NCBI GenBank assembly: GCA_044224725.1
Contig: JBGAJW010000021.1
Location: 6,644-70,643, forward strand
DNA from: Flavobacteriales bacterium
Lineage (GTDB): Bacteria; Bacteroidota; Bacteroidia; Flavobacteriales_F; PHOS-HE28
DNA length: 64,000 nt
Reading direction: 5' to 3'
The first letter of the stretch is position 1; every line of letters starts with the position of its first letter. This document shows, piece by piece, positions 29,247-37,020 of the stretch. Both the position numbers and the translations under genes were made by a program. The notes beneath the pieces are model-generated. The model did no database searches and was not told the origin of the DNA. It worked only from the letters and a program-made list of their open reading frames with translations.

Positions 29247-30128
29247 ATGACACGTTCCATACTCTGCGCCTTCGCTGCCATCATCCTTCTCGGCTCCTGC
29301 GTTTCCAAGAAGAAGTACATGGCCTTGCAGGCCTCCAACGAAACGCTCAACCAGAAGCTGGCCGACTGCAACCACGGTTTGGATGCCTGCAACTCCGCCA
29401 AAGCGGCAGCCGAGGGCAAGATCTCGAACCTCGAAACCAGCAATCAGCACCTGAAGGAGCAGGTCGCGGAGATGAGTGTGACCAATCAGGCGCTCCTGAA
29501 CAACGTGGGCAACATGGCCACGCTCTCCTCGCAGGAGGCCGCCAATCTGGAGAAGTCGCTGGAGAACATCAAGGAGAAGGACCTGCAGATCACACGGCTG
29601 CGCGATGCCCTGGACAAGAAGGATTCGGTCACGCTCGCTTTGGTCGTGAGCCTGAAGAGTTCACTCGGCAACTTGAACGACACGGATGTCACCATCAATG
29701 TGGAGAAGAGCGTGGTGTTCATCTCCCTCAGCGACAAGATGGTCTTCACCAGCGGCAGCACGGAGATCTCCTCACGCGCGCATGACGTTCTGGCCAAAGT
29801 GGCCACCGTGGTGAACGACAAGCCGGACATGGAAGTGCTGGTGGAAGGACACACGGATGATGTTCCCATCAAGAAGGACTGCATCAAGGACAACTGGGAT
29901 CTGAGCGTGCTGCGCGCCACGGCCATCACGCGCGTGTTGCAGAAGGACTTCAACGTGGACCCGGCCCGTGTGACCGCAGGTGGCCGTAGCCAATACGTGC
30001 CTTTGGTGCCGAACGACACCCCCGAGAACCGCAGCACCAACCGCCGCACTCGCATCGTGATCCTGCCCAAGATGGACCAGTTCTACAACATGATCGAGGA
30101 TGGCTTGAAGAAGGCCAGCGAACAATAG
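29247..30128 (+). CDS. OmpA-family lipoprotein with coiled-coil N-domain
   Basis: Start MTRSILCAFAAIILLGSC (lipobox). C-terminal OmpA-like peptidoglycan-binding domain: VEGHTDDVPI...NWDLSVLRATAITRVL...NRRTRIVILP. Confidence 0.85.
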   Translation: MTRSILCAFAAIILLGSCVSKKKYMALQASNETLNQKLADCNHGLDACNSAKAAAEGKISNLETSNQHLKEQVAEMSVTNQALLNNVGNMATLSSQEAANLEKSLENIKEKDLQITRLRDALDKKDSVTLALVVSLKSSLGNLNDTDVTINVEKSVVFISLSDKMVFTSGSTEISSRAHDVLAKVATVVNDKPDMEVLVEGHTDDVPIKKDCIKDNWDLSVLRATAITRVLQKDFNVDPARVTAGGRSQYVPLVPNDTPENRSTNRRTRIVILPKMDQFYNMIEDGLKKASEQ

Positions 30129-30149
30129 GGTAACGCAGACCATCTCCGC

Positions 30150-30176
30150 GAACGCCCGGCCGATGGTCGGGCGTTC
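30150..30176. terminator. GC-rich hairpin between convergent ORFs (possible bidirectional terminator, no U-tract)
   Basis: GAACGCCCG (30150-30158) pairs with CGGGCGTTC (30168-30176), and further pairs are possible inside the loop. No T-run on either strand, hence the low confidence as an intrinsic terminator. Confidence 0.35.
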
Positions 30177-30186
30177 TGCTAAGGGC

Positions 30187-30285
30187 TCATTTCGCCCGGC
30201 TGTTCCGCCAGATGAAGAGGCCCACGACCACCACGATCACGGCTATCAGCAGCCAGGAATACAAGCTGGCATTGTCCCCGTTCAT
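30187..30285 (-). CDS. Candidate 32-aa single-pass membrane micro-protein
   Basis: Below the ORF-track length cutoff. My translation is MNGDNASLYSWLLIAVIVVVVGLFIWRNSRAK*. 27 of 31 third positions are G/C. A TACTTTCG box lies 5 nt upstream of the ATG. Confidence 0.35.
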   Translation of the reverse strand: MNGDNASLYSWLLIAVIVVVVGLFIWRNSRAK

Positions 30286-30290
30286 GGGGC

Positions 30291-30298
30291 CGAAAGTA
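30291..30298 (-). promoter_or_regulatory. TAnnTTTG-like -7 box (TACTTTCG on the minus strand)
   Basis: One mismatch to the Bacteroidota sigma-A -7 consensus TAnnTTTG. Ends 5 nt before the ATG of the 32-aa ORF. Confidence 0.2.
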
Positions 30299-30480
30299 GG
30301 GACGCGGCTGGTGACCGGGCGTTGTCGGCAGAAGGCCCGTCCTTTCGCCGATCTTTTTTCCGCCGTTCGGCGAACGCATCGCGGCGTTCAACCATGCGGG
30401 CTCAACACTGGTCCGATCAGGCCCTTTTGGGCGGCAACATCCGCCGGAAGGCCCTCGTTTCGGCCAGCATAACCGATCAC

Positions 30481-31002
30481 ATGCGAACCAGTAAGCCCCT
30501 CTTCATCGCAGCCACGCAGATGGCCCTGTTCACAACGGCGATCACCCCTTCGCGCGCCGCAGGGCCGCCGCCCGCTTCGGCCTTTGAAGAGGCTGTGGAA
30601 CTCACCGGATGGTTGCATGTGGAGGACTTCGACTTCGACGATGCCACGGTGCTGTTGGAGGTGAACGGCCAGATCAGTTCCGTTCCCATTTCCAAGACCG
30701 GTCGCATCGACATCTCCCTGCCCGTAGGTACCGATGCGCTGCTGCGTTTCGAACATCCAGGGCATTTGACCAAGGAGGTCCTGGTGGACACGCACCACGC
30801 GCGGGACGGCTACGTGGGCCGGGATGTGCGCCATGTGCGCTTCGCGGTGATCCTGGAGGAGACACGCCTGATGGCCGGTATGGACTACGCCGGTCCTGTG
30901 GGCAACGTCGGCTTCGACAAGGATGGTGGCTGTTTGGCCATCGAACACACACGCAAGCTGGTTGTAGGCCGCAGCAGGAGCAAGAAGCCGATGGTGTTCT
31001 GA
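30481..31002 (+). CDS. Hypothetical secreted protein
   Basis: Start chosen at MRTSKPLFIAATQMALFTTAITPSRAAG (signal-peptide-like, ATG 30481). An alternative start is ATG 30394, since codon bias stays good upstream. No family recognised. Confidence 0.5.
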   Translation: MRTSKPLFIAATQMALFTTAITPSRAAGPPPASAFEEAVELTGWLHVEDFDFDDATVLLEVNGQISSVPISKTGRIDISLPVGTDALLRFEHPGHLTKEVLVDTHHARDGYVGRDVRHVRFAVILEETRLMAGMDYAGPVGNVGFDKDGGCLAIEHTRKLVVGRSRSKKPMVF

Positions 31003-31178
31003 GGATCCGCCCCTCAGCGATCGCGCAGGGCAACCGACTTCGGGGCCCTGCGCCTTCGTTTTCGGACCGATCGCCGTTCCCTGTGCGAACCCGACCGTTC
31101 CGCATCCGGTCGGTCGTATTGTTGTGCAGGTGGACAACCGTTCACCCCGAGGCCGTGTCACCCGGCAAACCCGCACAC

Positions 31179-32081
31179 ATGCGCACCACACTTACGCTTA
31201 CCCTGTTGTCAGCTGCCTTGCTCGCCAACGCCCAGATCACCAACGGCGGCTTCGAAGACCTGAACAGCAATGCGATGCCCCAATACTGGCAGGGGGATAT
31301 CCACTTGCTGGTCATCACCATCGATTCCAATGGCGTGGAACACATGGACTCCGTCGTGTACGATGGCGGAACCGATTACGCGTTGAGCACGGATGCGCAT
31401 TCCGGCCAATACGCGATGGAATTGCGGAACGGCTACAACTACACGCAGGAAAGCGCTTTGATCGGTCGCGTGCATGCGAATTCGGACACCACGAACTACC
31501 AGGGCTTCCCGATGGTAAGCGTTCCCATTGCGCAACGGCCCTTGTCCATCGCATTCTGGGCGAAGTACGCGCCGCTCGCGGATGATTCCGCTGAGGTGAC
31601 CGTGAATGTGCTGGACGAAGCGGAGAACACCATCGGTACCGGGCTGCTCGCTTTCGGCGGTGCCATCCCCCAGTACACGGCCTTCGAGGTACCCATCGTG
31701 TACACCTCCGAAGATGTCGCCGCATTCATCCAACTCACCTTCGCCAACGCGACCTACGGCGGGACCGCATCGCTCGGCACACGCTTGTTCATCGACGATG
31801 TGTCCATGACCGTCGCACCGGATGGCGTTGGTGAGCAAGCGTTGTCCGCACCGCTGCTGAACATCTTTCCGGTCCCTGCGGATGCGCATTGCACGGTGCG
31901 CCCTGCCGATGGCTCAAAGGTGTTGGCCGTGTCCGTTCTTGGAGCCGATGGCCGGGTCATCAGTTCACCCGTGCTGATGGGCGACGTGTTGGATACCGGT
32001 TCGCTCTCGGCTGGCAGTTACTTGCTCTCGGTGCGTACGACAACCGGCGTATCGAAGGTGCGCTTGGTGGTCGGGCACTAG
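31179..32081 (+). CDS. Secreted protein with type-A T9SS CTD
   Basis: Start MRTTLTLTLLSAALLANAQ (ATG 31179) inside ORF 30609..32081. Tail LLNIFPVPADAHCTVRP...GSYLLSVRTTTGVSKVRLVVGH. Confidence 0.7.
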   Translation: MRTTLTLTLLSAALLANAQITNGGFEDLNSNAMPQYWQGDIHLLVITIDSNGVEHMDSVVYDGGTDYALSTDAHSGQYAMELRNGYNYTQESALIGRVHANSDTTNYQGFPMVSVPIAQRPLSIAFWAKYAPLADDSAEVTVNVLDEAENTIGTGLLAFGGAIPQYTAFEVPIVYTSEDVAAFIQLTFANATYGGTASLGTRLFIDDVSMTVAPDGVGEQALSAPLLNIFPVPADAHCTVRPADGSKVLAVSVLGADGRVISSPVLMGDVLDTGSLSAGSYLLSVRTTTGVSKVRLVVGH

Positions 32082-32112
32082 ATCGCCCATGGGCGCGCGC
32101 TTTGGCCGGGGA

Positions 32113-33255
32113 TCAGTTCCCCCGCCGAAGCGCGTCCGCCTTCGTCCAATTGATGAACTCGCCACCCATGAAGCGGTACACGCCGCTGGAGGTACCGAGC
32201 CATAGCTGTCCGTCCGCATCTTCCAACAGGCTCTGCACATTCTTGAGGGGGACAGCGTCCTGTTCCGTGTAGCACGTGAATGTCTTGCCATCATAACTGC
32301 ACAGCCCGTAGTTGACCGCACTGCTCCAGATGACACCGGACCGGTCCTGGTACATCGTCCAGATATGATCGCTTCTCAGGCCTTCGTCCTTGTTGAACTT
32401 CGTGAAGACCTTCCCATCGTAGGTGCACAAGCCGCCATAGCGAGTACCGAACCACACCTTGCCGGCACGGACCTCTAGGATGGACTGGACGAAGTTGTTG
32501 CAGAGCCCTTCCTTCTCTGAAAGGTTGGTCAGTGTTTTCCCATCGTAGCGATAGGCGCCACCACCGTTGGAAGCGAACCAGATGTTCCCGGCCTTGTCCT
32601 GGATGATCGCGTTGATCTGCTTCGGGTACTTGTAATACGGGAACTTTGACAGGTCAGCCGCAGGTATCGGGAACGGGCCGAAGCGCTTTCCATCGAAGCG
32701 TGAGACGCCTTCCTCGGTCCCGGCCCATAACCACCCTTCCCGATCGATCAGTAAACACCAGACTTGATCGCTGGCCAAGCCATCCTTCGTCGTGTAGCTG
32801 GTGAACCGGGTCCCATCGTAACGCGATACGCCGCCTCCCGTGGCGAACCAGATATCACCGCGCTCATCCTGCGCTATGGCACTCACCCAATTGCCGGCCA
32901 AGCCATCTGCCGTGGTGGAATACCGGAGTGATGGTCCATCACCACGTAACGCGGCCGAAGGATCATATCGGGCTACACCATCGCGGGTAGTGCCGAACCA
33001 GATGTACCCGTCGCGGTCCTGGAACATGCGGCGGATGTATTGGCTTATCTGCTCGGTGGATGTAGGGGGCTTCGCAAGGCGGGCTGCAAGGGAAGCACTG
33101 TCAGGTTGCGTGATGGTCGGGCCGGTCACATGCTCCAGGGGTTGCGTTGTCTTGACCGGTTCCGAACAGGAAGACATGGACAGCAACGCCACCAGCAGGA
33201 AATGGTCCGGCAAGCCTCGGAGTCTTCCGGATCGAACCGTATCGCGCATCTGCAT
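32113..33255 (-). CDS. Beta-propeller lipoprotein with two-component-regulator-propeller (Reg_prop) type repeats
   Basis: Lipobox LLSMSSC. Repeated units of the form DxxGxIWF(G/A)Txx.G(V/L)xRYDG.xF..Y...DGL (at least 7 copies). Confidence 0.8.
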   Translation of the reverse strand: MQMRDTVRSGRLRGLPDHFLLVALLSMSSCSEPVKTTQPLEHVTGPTITQPDSASLAARLAKPPTSTEQISQYIRRMFQDRDGYIWFGTTRDGVARYDPSAALRGDGPSLRYSTTADGLAGNWVSAIAQDERGDIWFATGGGVSRYDGTRFTSYTTKDGLASDQVWCLLIDREGWLWAGTEEGVSRFDGKRFGPFPIPAADLSKFPYYKYPKQINAIIQDKAGNIWFASNGGGAYRYDGKTLTNLSEKEGLCNNFVQSILEVRAGKVWFGTRYGGLCTYDGKVFTKFNKDEGLRSDHIWTMYQDRSGVIWSSAVNYGLCSYDGKTFTCYTEQDAVPLKNVQSLLEDADGQLWLGTSSGVYRFMGGEFINWTKADALRRGN

Positions 33256-33351
33256 GCGGCACCAAACCTACGCGGGGCCGGGCTCCAAGGGGCAACGGAA
33301 CAAGAGTCTGCCCCGTCAATCCGGGTGAAGCGTTGCCAGAGCGCTGATCGC

Positions 33352-35481
33352 ATGAGGCTGCCACCGATAGTACCCCTTTGCGCGTTGCGCCTGATGGCGG
33401 TGGCCGGTTGCGCCGCTTGGGTGTCCGGAGAAGCACTTCAGGCACAGGATTGCCTCGGCGATTTCACCGTTACGGTCACTCCGCTTCCGGAGGATGGCAC
33501 CTACGACTGCGGTCAGACGGTGACCTTCTGCCTTACGGTGAACACGTGGAACACGACCAACGCCAACTGGTTGCAAGGCGTGGTGGCTTCCTTCGGTCCC
33601 GGTTGGGACATGAACACCTTGGTGCCGGGCGCGCCGCCGGGCACGATCGGCGGATCGGGCGGCACATGGGGCTGGTACGACAGCGTTACAGGCACGGCCC
33701 CTACGAACATCGGACCACAAGGTCCCGGCTTCTTCTTCGATCTGGACAACGACGGCAACCCCGGCAACAACTTCGGCGACTTCGCCAACGCAGGACCTTG
33801 GACCTTCTGCTGGACCATCTCCGTGGCCAGCGGCGCTGATTGTGAGAATGGTGCCGACCTCACGGTATCCATCAACACCTTCGGGGACAGTGAGACCGGA
33901 AGCTGGGGAAGCGCGGGCTGCCTCGATGACGAGATCGTGGTGCTCCCGGCTACGGTGATGGCGTGTCCCACAGCAGGCATCGGCAGCCCGCAAGTGCTAT
34001 GCAACAATGGCACTGCGCTCGATCTCTTTTCCACGCTGACCGGAGACCCGGACGCCAGCGGCGTATGGACAGGACCGGGCGGCGTGCCCAGCAGCGGCGT
34101 GGTAGACCCCGCATCAAGTCCTTCAGGCGACTATACCTACACGGTAACTCCCACGGATGATTGCCCAGTGGTGAGCACCACCGTACCGGTCACCATCAAC
34201 CCCTTGCCGGATGCGGGCACGGACGGCAGCATCGCACTTTGCGAAACCGATCCGATTACAGACCTGTTCCCGGTATTGGGCGGTACGCCGCAACCGGGAG
34301 GTTCATGGACCGCACCCGGTGGTGGCCCTTCCACGGGTGCCGTGGATCCGGCTACGGCCGGCAACGGCGTCTTCACCTATACCGTGAATGGCGTACTTCC
34401 TTGCCCGAACGTGTCAGCGACGGTGACGCTGACCATCGACCACCTACCGGATCCCGGCACGGGCCAGGCGCTGAGCATGTGCCCCGAAGCGGATGTGGTG
34501 GACCTCTTCGCGCAGCTCGGTAACCAGGCCGAAGCGGGAGGTGTGTGGACCGACCCCAACGGCACGACCACGGATCCCGTTTTCGATCCCGCCCACGAGG
34601 CGCCCGGTAACTACACCTACACGGTGAGCGGCACGGGCGCCTGTGCGGGCGAGCAGTTGACCGCCGTGATGCATACCATCGTTTTCCCTTCGCCCGATCC
34701 GCTCTTCACCTTCGCGCCCGATCACGGTTGCACCCCGCTGGACGTGGACTTCGGATTGAAGAACATGGGCAACACCGTCGCCGCCGAGTGGACCTTCGGC
34801 GACGGTTCCACTGGAACGGGCGTGCCCGGCATCACCCATACCTACACCGCTCCGGGTACCATCTCCGTGGGCACCTTCGTAACGGACGTGAATGGTTGCG
34901 TGGCGGATACCATGCTGTACCACATCATCCGCGTATACCCGCCGCCCACGGCGCTTTTCCATTACACGCCCTTCCCGGAACTCACCACCGAGAACACGCA
35001 CCTCACGTTCACCGCCTTCCAGCCTGAACTGGAGAACTACGCATGGACGATCGACCAAGTGCAGCGGACCGGCCAGGAGGTGAGCTACGACTTTCCGTAT
35101 GGGTGGGCCGGCAGCTATCCCGTTTGCCTCACCGTTACCGATTCCATCGCGTGCACGGCCACACTCTGCGATACGATCGTGATCCATGATCCACTCGCCG
35201 TCTACGTGCCTAACACCTTCACACCGGATGGCGATGGCGTGAACGATGTGTGGAAACCTTCGCTGGTGAGCGCCGACCCGAAAGACCTTACGATGGAAGT
35301 CTATGATCGCTGGGGCCAGGTGGTCTTCGCCTCGAATGCACCGGATATGGGGTGGAACGGTGGCAAGGGCAACAGTGGCGGCGTGCTTCCGCAGGGCATC
35401 TACAACTGGCACTTGCGGCTGCGCAACATTTTCACCGCCGAGAGCAAGGAGTACTTCGGGCACGTGAGCTTGCTGAAGTAG
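33352..35481 (+). CDS. Large surface protein with SprB-like repeats, PKD domain and type-B (gliding-motility, CHU_C/TIGR04131-like) T9SS CTD
   Basis: Start MRLPPIVPLCALRLMAVAGCAAW (ATG 33352). Repeated D(A/P)GT(D/G)...LC.....DLF..LGG.P..GG.WT.P.G units. PKD segment FTFAPDHGCTPLDVDF. Tail VYVPNTFTPDGDGVNDVWKP...MEVYDRWGQVVF...GIYNWHLRL...YFGHVSLLK. Confidence 0.85.
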   Translation: MRLPPIVPLCALRLMAVAGCAAWVSGEALQAQDCLGDFTVTVTPLPEDGTYDCGQTVTFCLTVNTWNTTNANWLQGVVASFGPGWDMNTLVPGAPPGTIGGSGGTWGWYDSVTGTAPTNIGPQGPGFFFDLDNDGNPGNNFGDFANAGPWTFCWTISVASGADCENGADLTVSINTFGDSETGSWGSAGCLDDEIVVLPATVMACPTAGIGSPQVLCNNGTALDLFSTLTGDPDASGVWTGPGGVPSSGVVDPASSPSGDYTYTVTPTDDCPVVSTTVPVTINPLPDAGTDGSIALCETDPITDLFPVLGGTPQPGGSWTAPGGGPSTGAVDPATAGNGVFTYTVNGVLPCPNVSATVTLTIDHLPDPGTGQALSMCPEADVVDLFAQLGNQAEAGGVWTDPNGTTTDPVFDPAHEAPGNYTYTVSGTGACAGEQLTAVMHTIVFPSPDPLFTFAPDHGCTPLDVDFGLKNMGNTVAAEWTFGDGSTGTGVPGITHTYTAPGTISVGTFVTDVNGCVADTMLYHIIRVYPPPTALFHYTPFPELTTENTHLTFTAFQPELENYAWTIDQVQRTGQEVSYDFPYGWAGSYPVCLTVTDSIACTATLCDTIVIHDPLAVYVPNTFTPDGDGVNDVWKPSLVSADPKDLTMEVYDRWGQVVFASNAPDMGWNGGKGNSGGVLPQGIYNWHLRLRNIFTAESKEYFGHVSLLK

Positions 35482-35536
35482 GTCACGCGATAGCGCAACC
35501 CGATGGGGAATGTGTGCCCCATTCTGAAACGGTTGC

Positions 35537-36421
35537 TCACCAGCTTCCATTCAAATGCACTGTGCTTGGCCGTGTGGTCCCCGTTTTGTTCAATGCTGGG
35601 AAATTGCACGACCATGTCACAGCCCGAGAACAAGAAGCCCGGCACCTCGCAAGCGGATGCCGCAACGACTGACCAGAACACGCAGCGCAAGCCAGCGCAA
35701 ACACCACCGGGGAAGGATCCGAATGAATACGACCCGGTTGGCATGGCCGGTAAGCCGGCAGGTATCCTGCTCTGGCATTCAGCAGTTCGGCATACCGCAG
35801 GAGGATGAAGTCCCAATCCTGATCAGGCTCCGCGTTGAACTTCTCCAACAGTTCTGTCTTTCCGCGATCCTTGAAACGTGCGATCAGGTATTCCTTGGTC
35901 AGCGTACGACTATTGCCCGTGCTCAGGCTGAGTATGAAGTGCTGTCGATCCGCGGGATCGGCCCTGCCAGCGGCCGCCCCGGCGATCGCGCCACCGACCG
36001 CGCCACCCAATAGACCGCCCATGACGGCAGCACCCATGGCTCCATCAGGAGCTATGGCCGTGCTGAAAACGAGGTATTCGCCACGGATCAAGACCAGGCT
36101 ATACCAGGGTCCAAGCTCTTGGCGCTCACAATTGAGGAAGAGCGAATCGTTGCTCACGTAAGCGAACACCTCGCGATTCAGGAACTTCTTCGAGAGACTG
36201 TCCGAGGGGTCGGATATCCTGAAGTCGCTGCCACCCCGGAAGGCCATGCCCCCGCCCGAACGCAGCGTTACTTGAAGCTTGGCTTTCTTGGCCGGGCTCT
36301 TGGCCTTCAATTCCTGCAAGTTCATGTAGATGCCCGGGGGCAGCACGTCCGGTTGCGCACAGGCTTCTGTGAGCATTCCGGCAATACCGAAGGCGATAAG
36401 CAAGGAACGAGGGAGCCTCAT
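35537..36421 (-). CDS. Hypothetical secreted protein with Gly-zipper segment; the C-terminal ~80 codons are of doubtful coding quality
   Basis: Start MRLPRSLLIAFGIAGMLTEACAQ (CAT 36419-36421). Convincing up to ...EKFNAEPDQDWDFILLRYAELLN. The remaining tail (ARAGYLPAYRPCQPGRIHSDP...CSRAVTWSCNF...) is Arg/Cys/Ser-rich with many T-ending codons. Confidence 0.55.
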   Translation of the reverse strand: MRLPRSLLIAFGIAGMLTEACAQPDVLPPGIYMNLQELKAKSPAKKAKLQVTLRSGGGMAFRGGSDFRISDPSDSLSKKFLNREVFAYVSNDSLFLNCERQELGPWYSLVLIRGEYLVFSTAIAPDGAMGAAVMGGLLGGAVGGAIAGAAAGRADPADRQHFILSLSTGNSRTLTKEYLIARFKDRGKTELLEKFNAEPDQDWDFILLRYAELLNARAGYLPAYRPCQPGRIHSDPSPVVFALACAACSGQSLRHPLARCRASCSRAVTWSCNFPALNKTGTTRPSTVHLNGSW

Positions 36422-36522
36422 TTTCTCGGAGCACGGGGTGGGAGGGCCCAACCGTGCGGGATGAAGATACCCGCGCTGGACCACGTAGTGGTCATGCAAA
36501 CACGGATGTGCGTTCAAGCGGG

Positions 36523-36888
36523 TTAGGTACCTCTTACGGGGAGTGGCACGAGCCAAAGCGAGCGCACGGTGAGGGCCGGAGGCATGCATAGGCGTGACCC
36601 TGCGTGGACACACACCAACTTGTACAAGGTGATCGCTCCATATCTGGCCTCCGGTTCCGGGTTGTACACGACGGGTAACGCATCATCCACCTTCCGCTGG
36701 ATCCTGTGAAAGAACGGCACTGCGCCCTTTCAATGCTGCGCGGTCTTGTACAGGGAACCGGTCATGTTGGGAAGCATGGCGGGCTGGTTGTACAGCACCA
36801 GGATGATCGTGTACACGATGGACGACAGGTTGTGCGGCACGCGCTCCATCTTGCACAAGAACGCGCCCATCTTGTACAAGAAATCGCG
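36523..36888 (-). other. High-GC3 reading frame interrupted by one in-frame TGA (36730-36732); small ORFs, pseudogene remnant, or a by-product of the 21-bp repeat
   Basis: My translation is (RD)FLYKMGAFLCKMERVPHNLSSIVYTIILVLYNQPAMLPNMTGSLYKTAQH*KGAVPFFHRIQRKVDDALPVVYNPEPEARYGAITLYKLVCVH... 43 of 46 third positions are G/C in the first part. The downstream half equals track ORF 36523..36720. Confidence 0.3.
36621..36888. repeat. Degenerate 21-bp tandem array (13 registers) with palindromic core CTTGTACAAG
   Basis: Exact TGTACA at 36621, 36663, 36747, 36789, 36810 and 36873, and TGCACA at 36852. All spacings are multiples of 21 bp (42, 84, 42, 21, 42, 21). The two best units are ttcttgtacaagatgggcgcg and ttcttgtgcaagatggagcgc (minus strand). 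Confidence 0.8.
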
Positions 36889-37020
36889 TCAAGCTGGCAG
36901 GGTCAAGCACATGGCCAATGGGGCTCCACCGCGCCAAGCACCTTATCCGGCTTGGGTTGTGTGCATTCTTCCCGCGAACTGACGATCCTCGCGCAACCTC
37001 TGGAAAGATCCACGCGTTCC

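Noticed and set aside
33040-33351. 5' extension of the type-B CTD gene ORF. Similar extensions occur at 30609..31178, 36706..37020, 44182..44307 and 56367..56621.
   Set aside because: The extensions overlap neighbouring genes or have poor composition. Signal peptides mark the internal starts that I used.
36730-36732. In-frame TGA as a selenocysteine codon
   Set aside because: There is no CxxU/UxxC-type redox context, and I could not see a convincing SECIS-like hairpin immediately downstream. Nonsense mutation, two ORFs or a non-coding repeat are more parsimonious.
36600-37020. Replication origin (oriC), considered because of the iteron-like periodic array and a few DnaA-box-like words (TCATCCACC, AGATCCACG)
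   Set aside because: The boxes are poor matches to TTATCCACA. There is no AT-rich unwinding element, and no dnaA, dnaN or other replication gene nearby.
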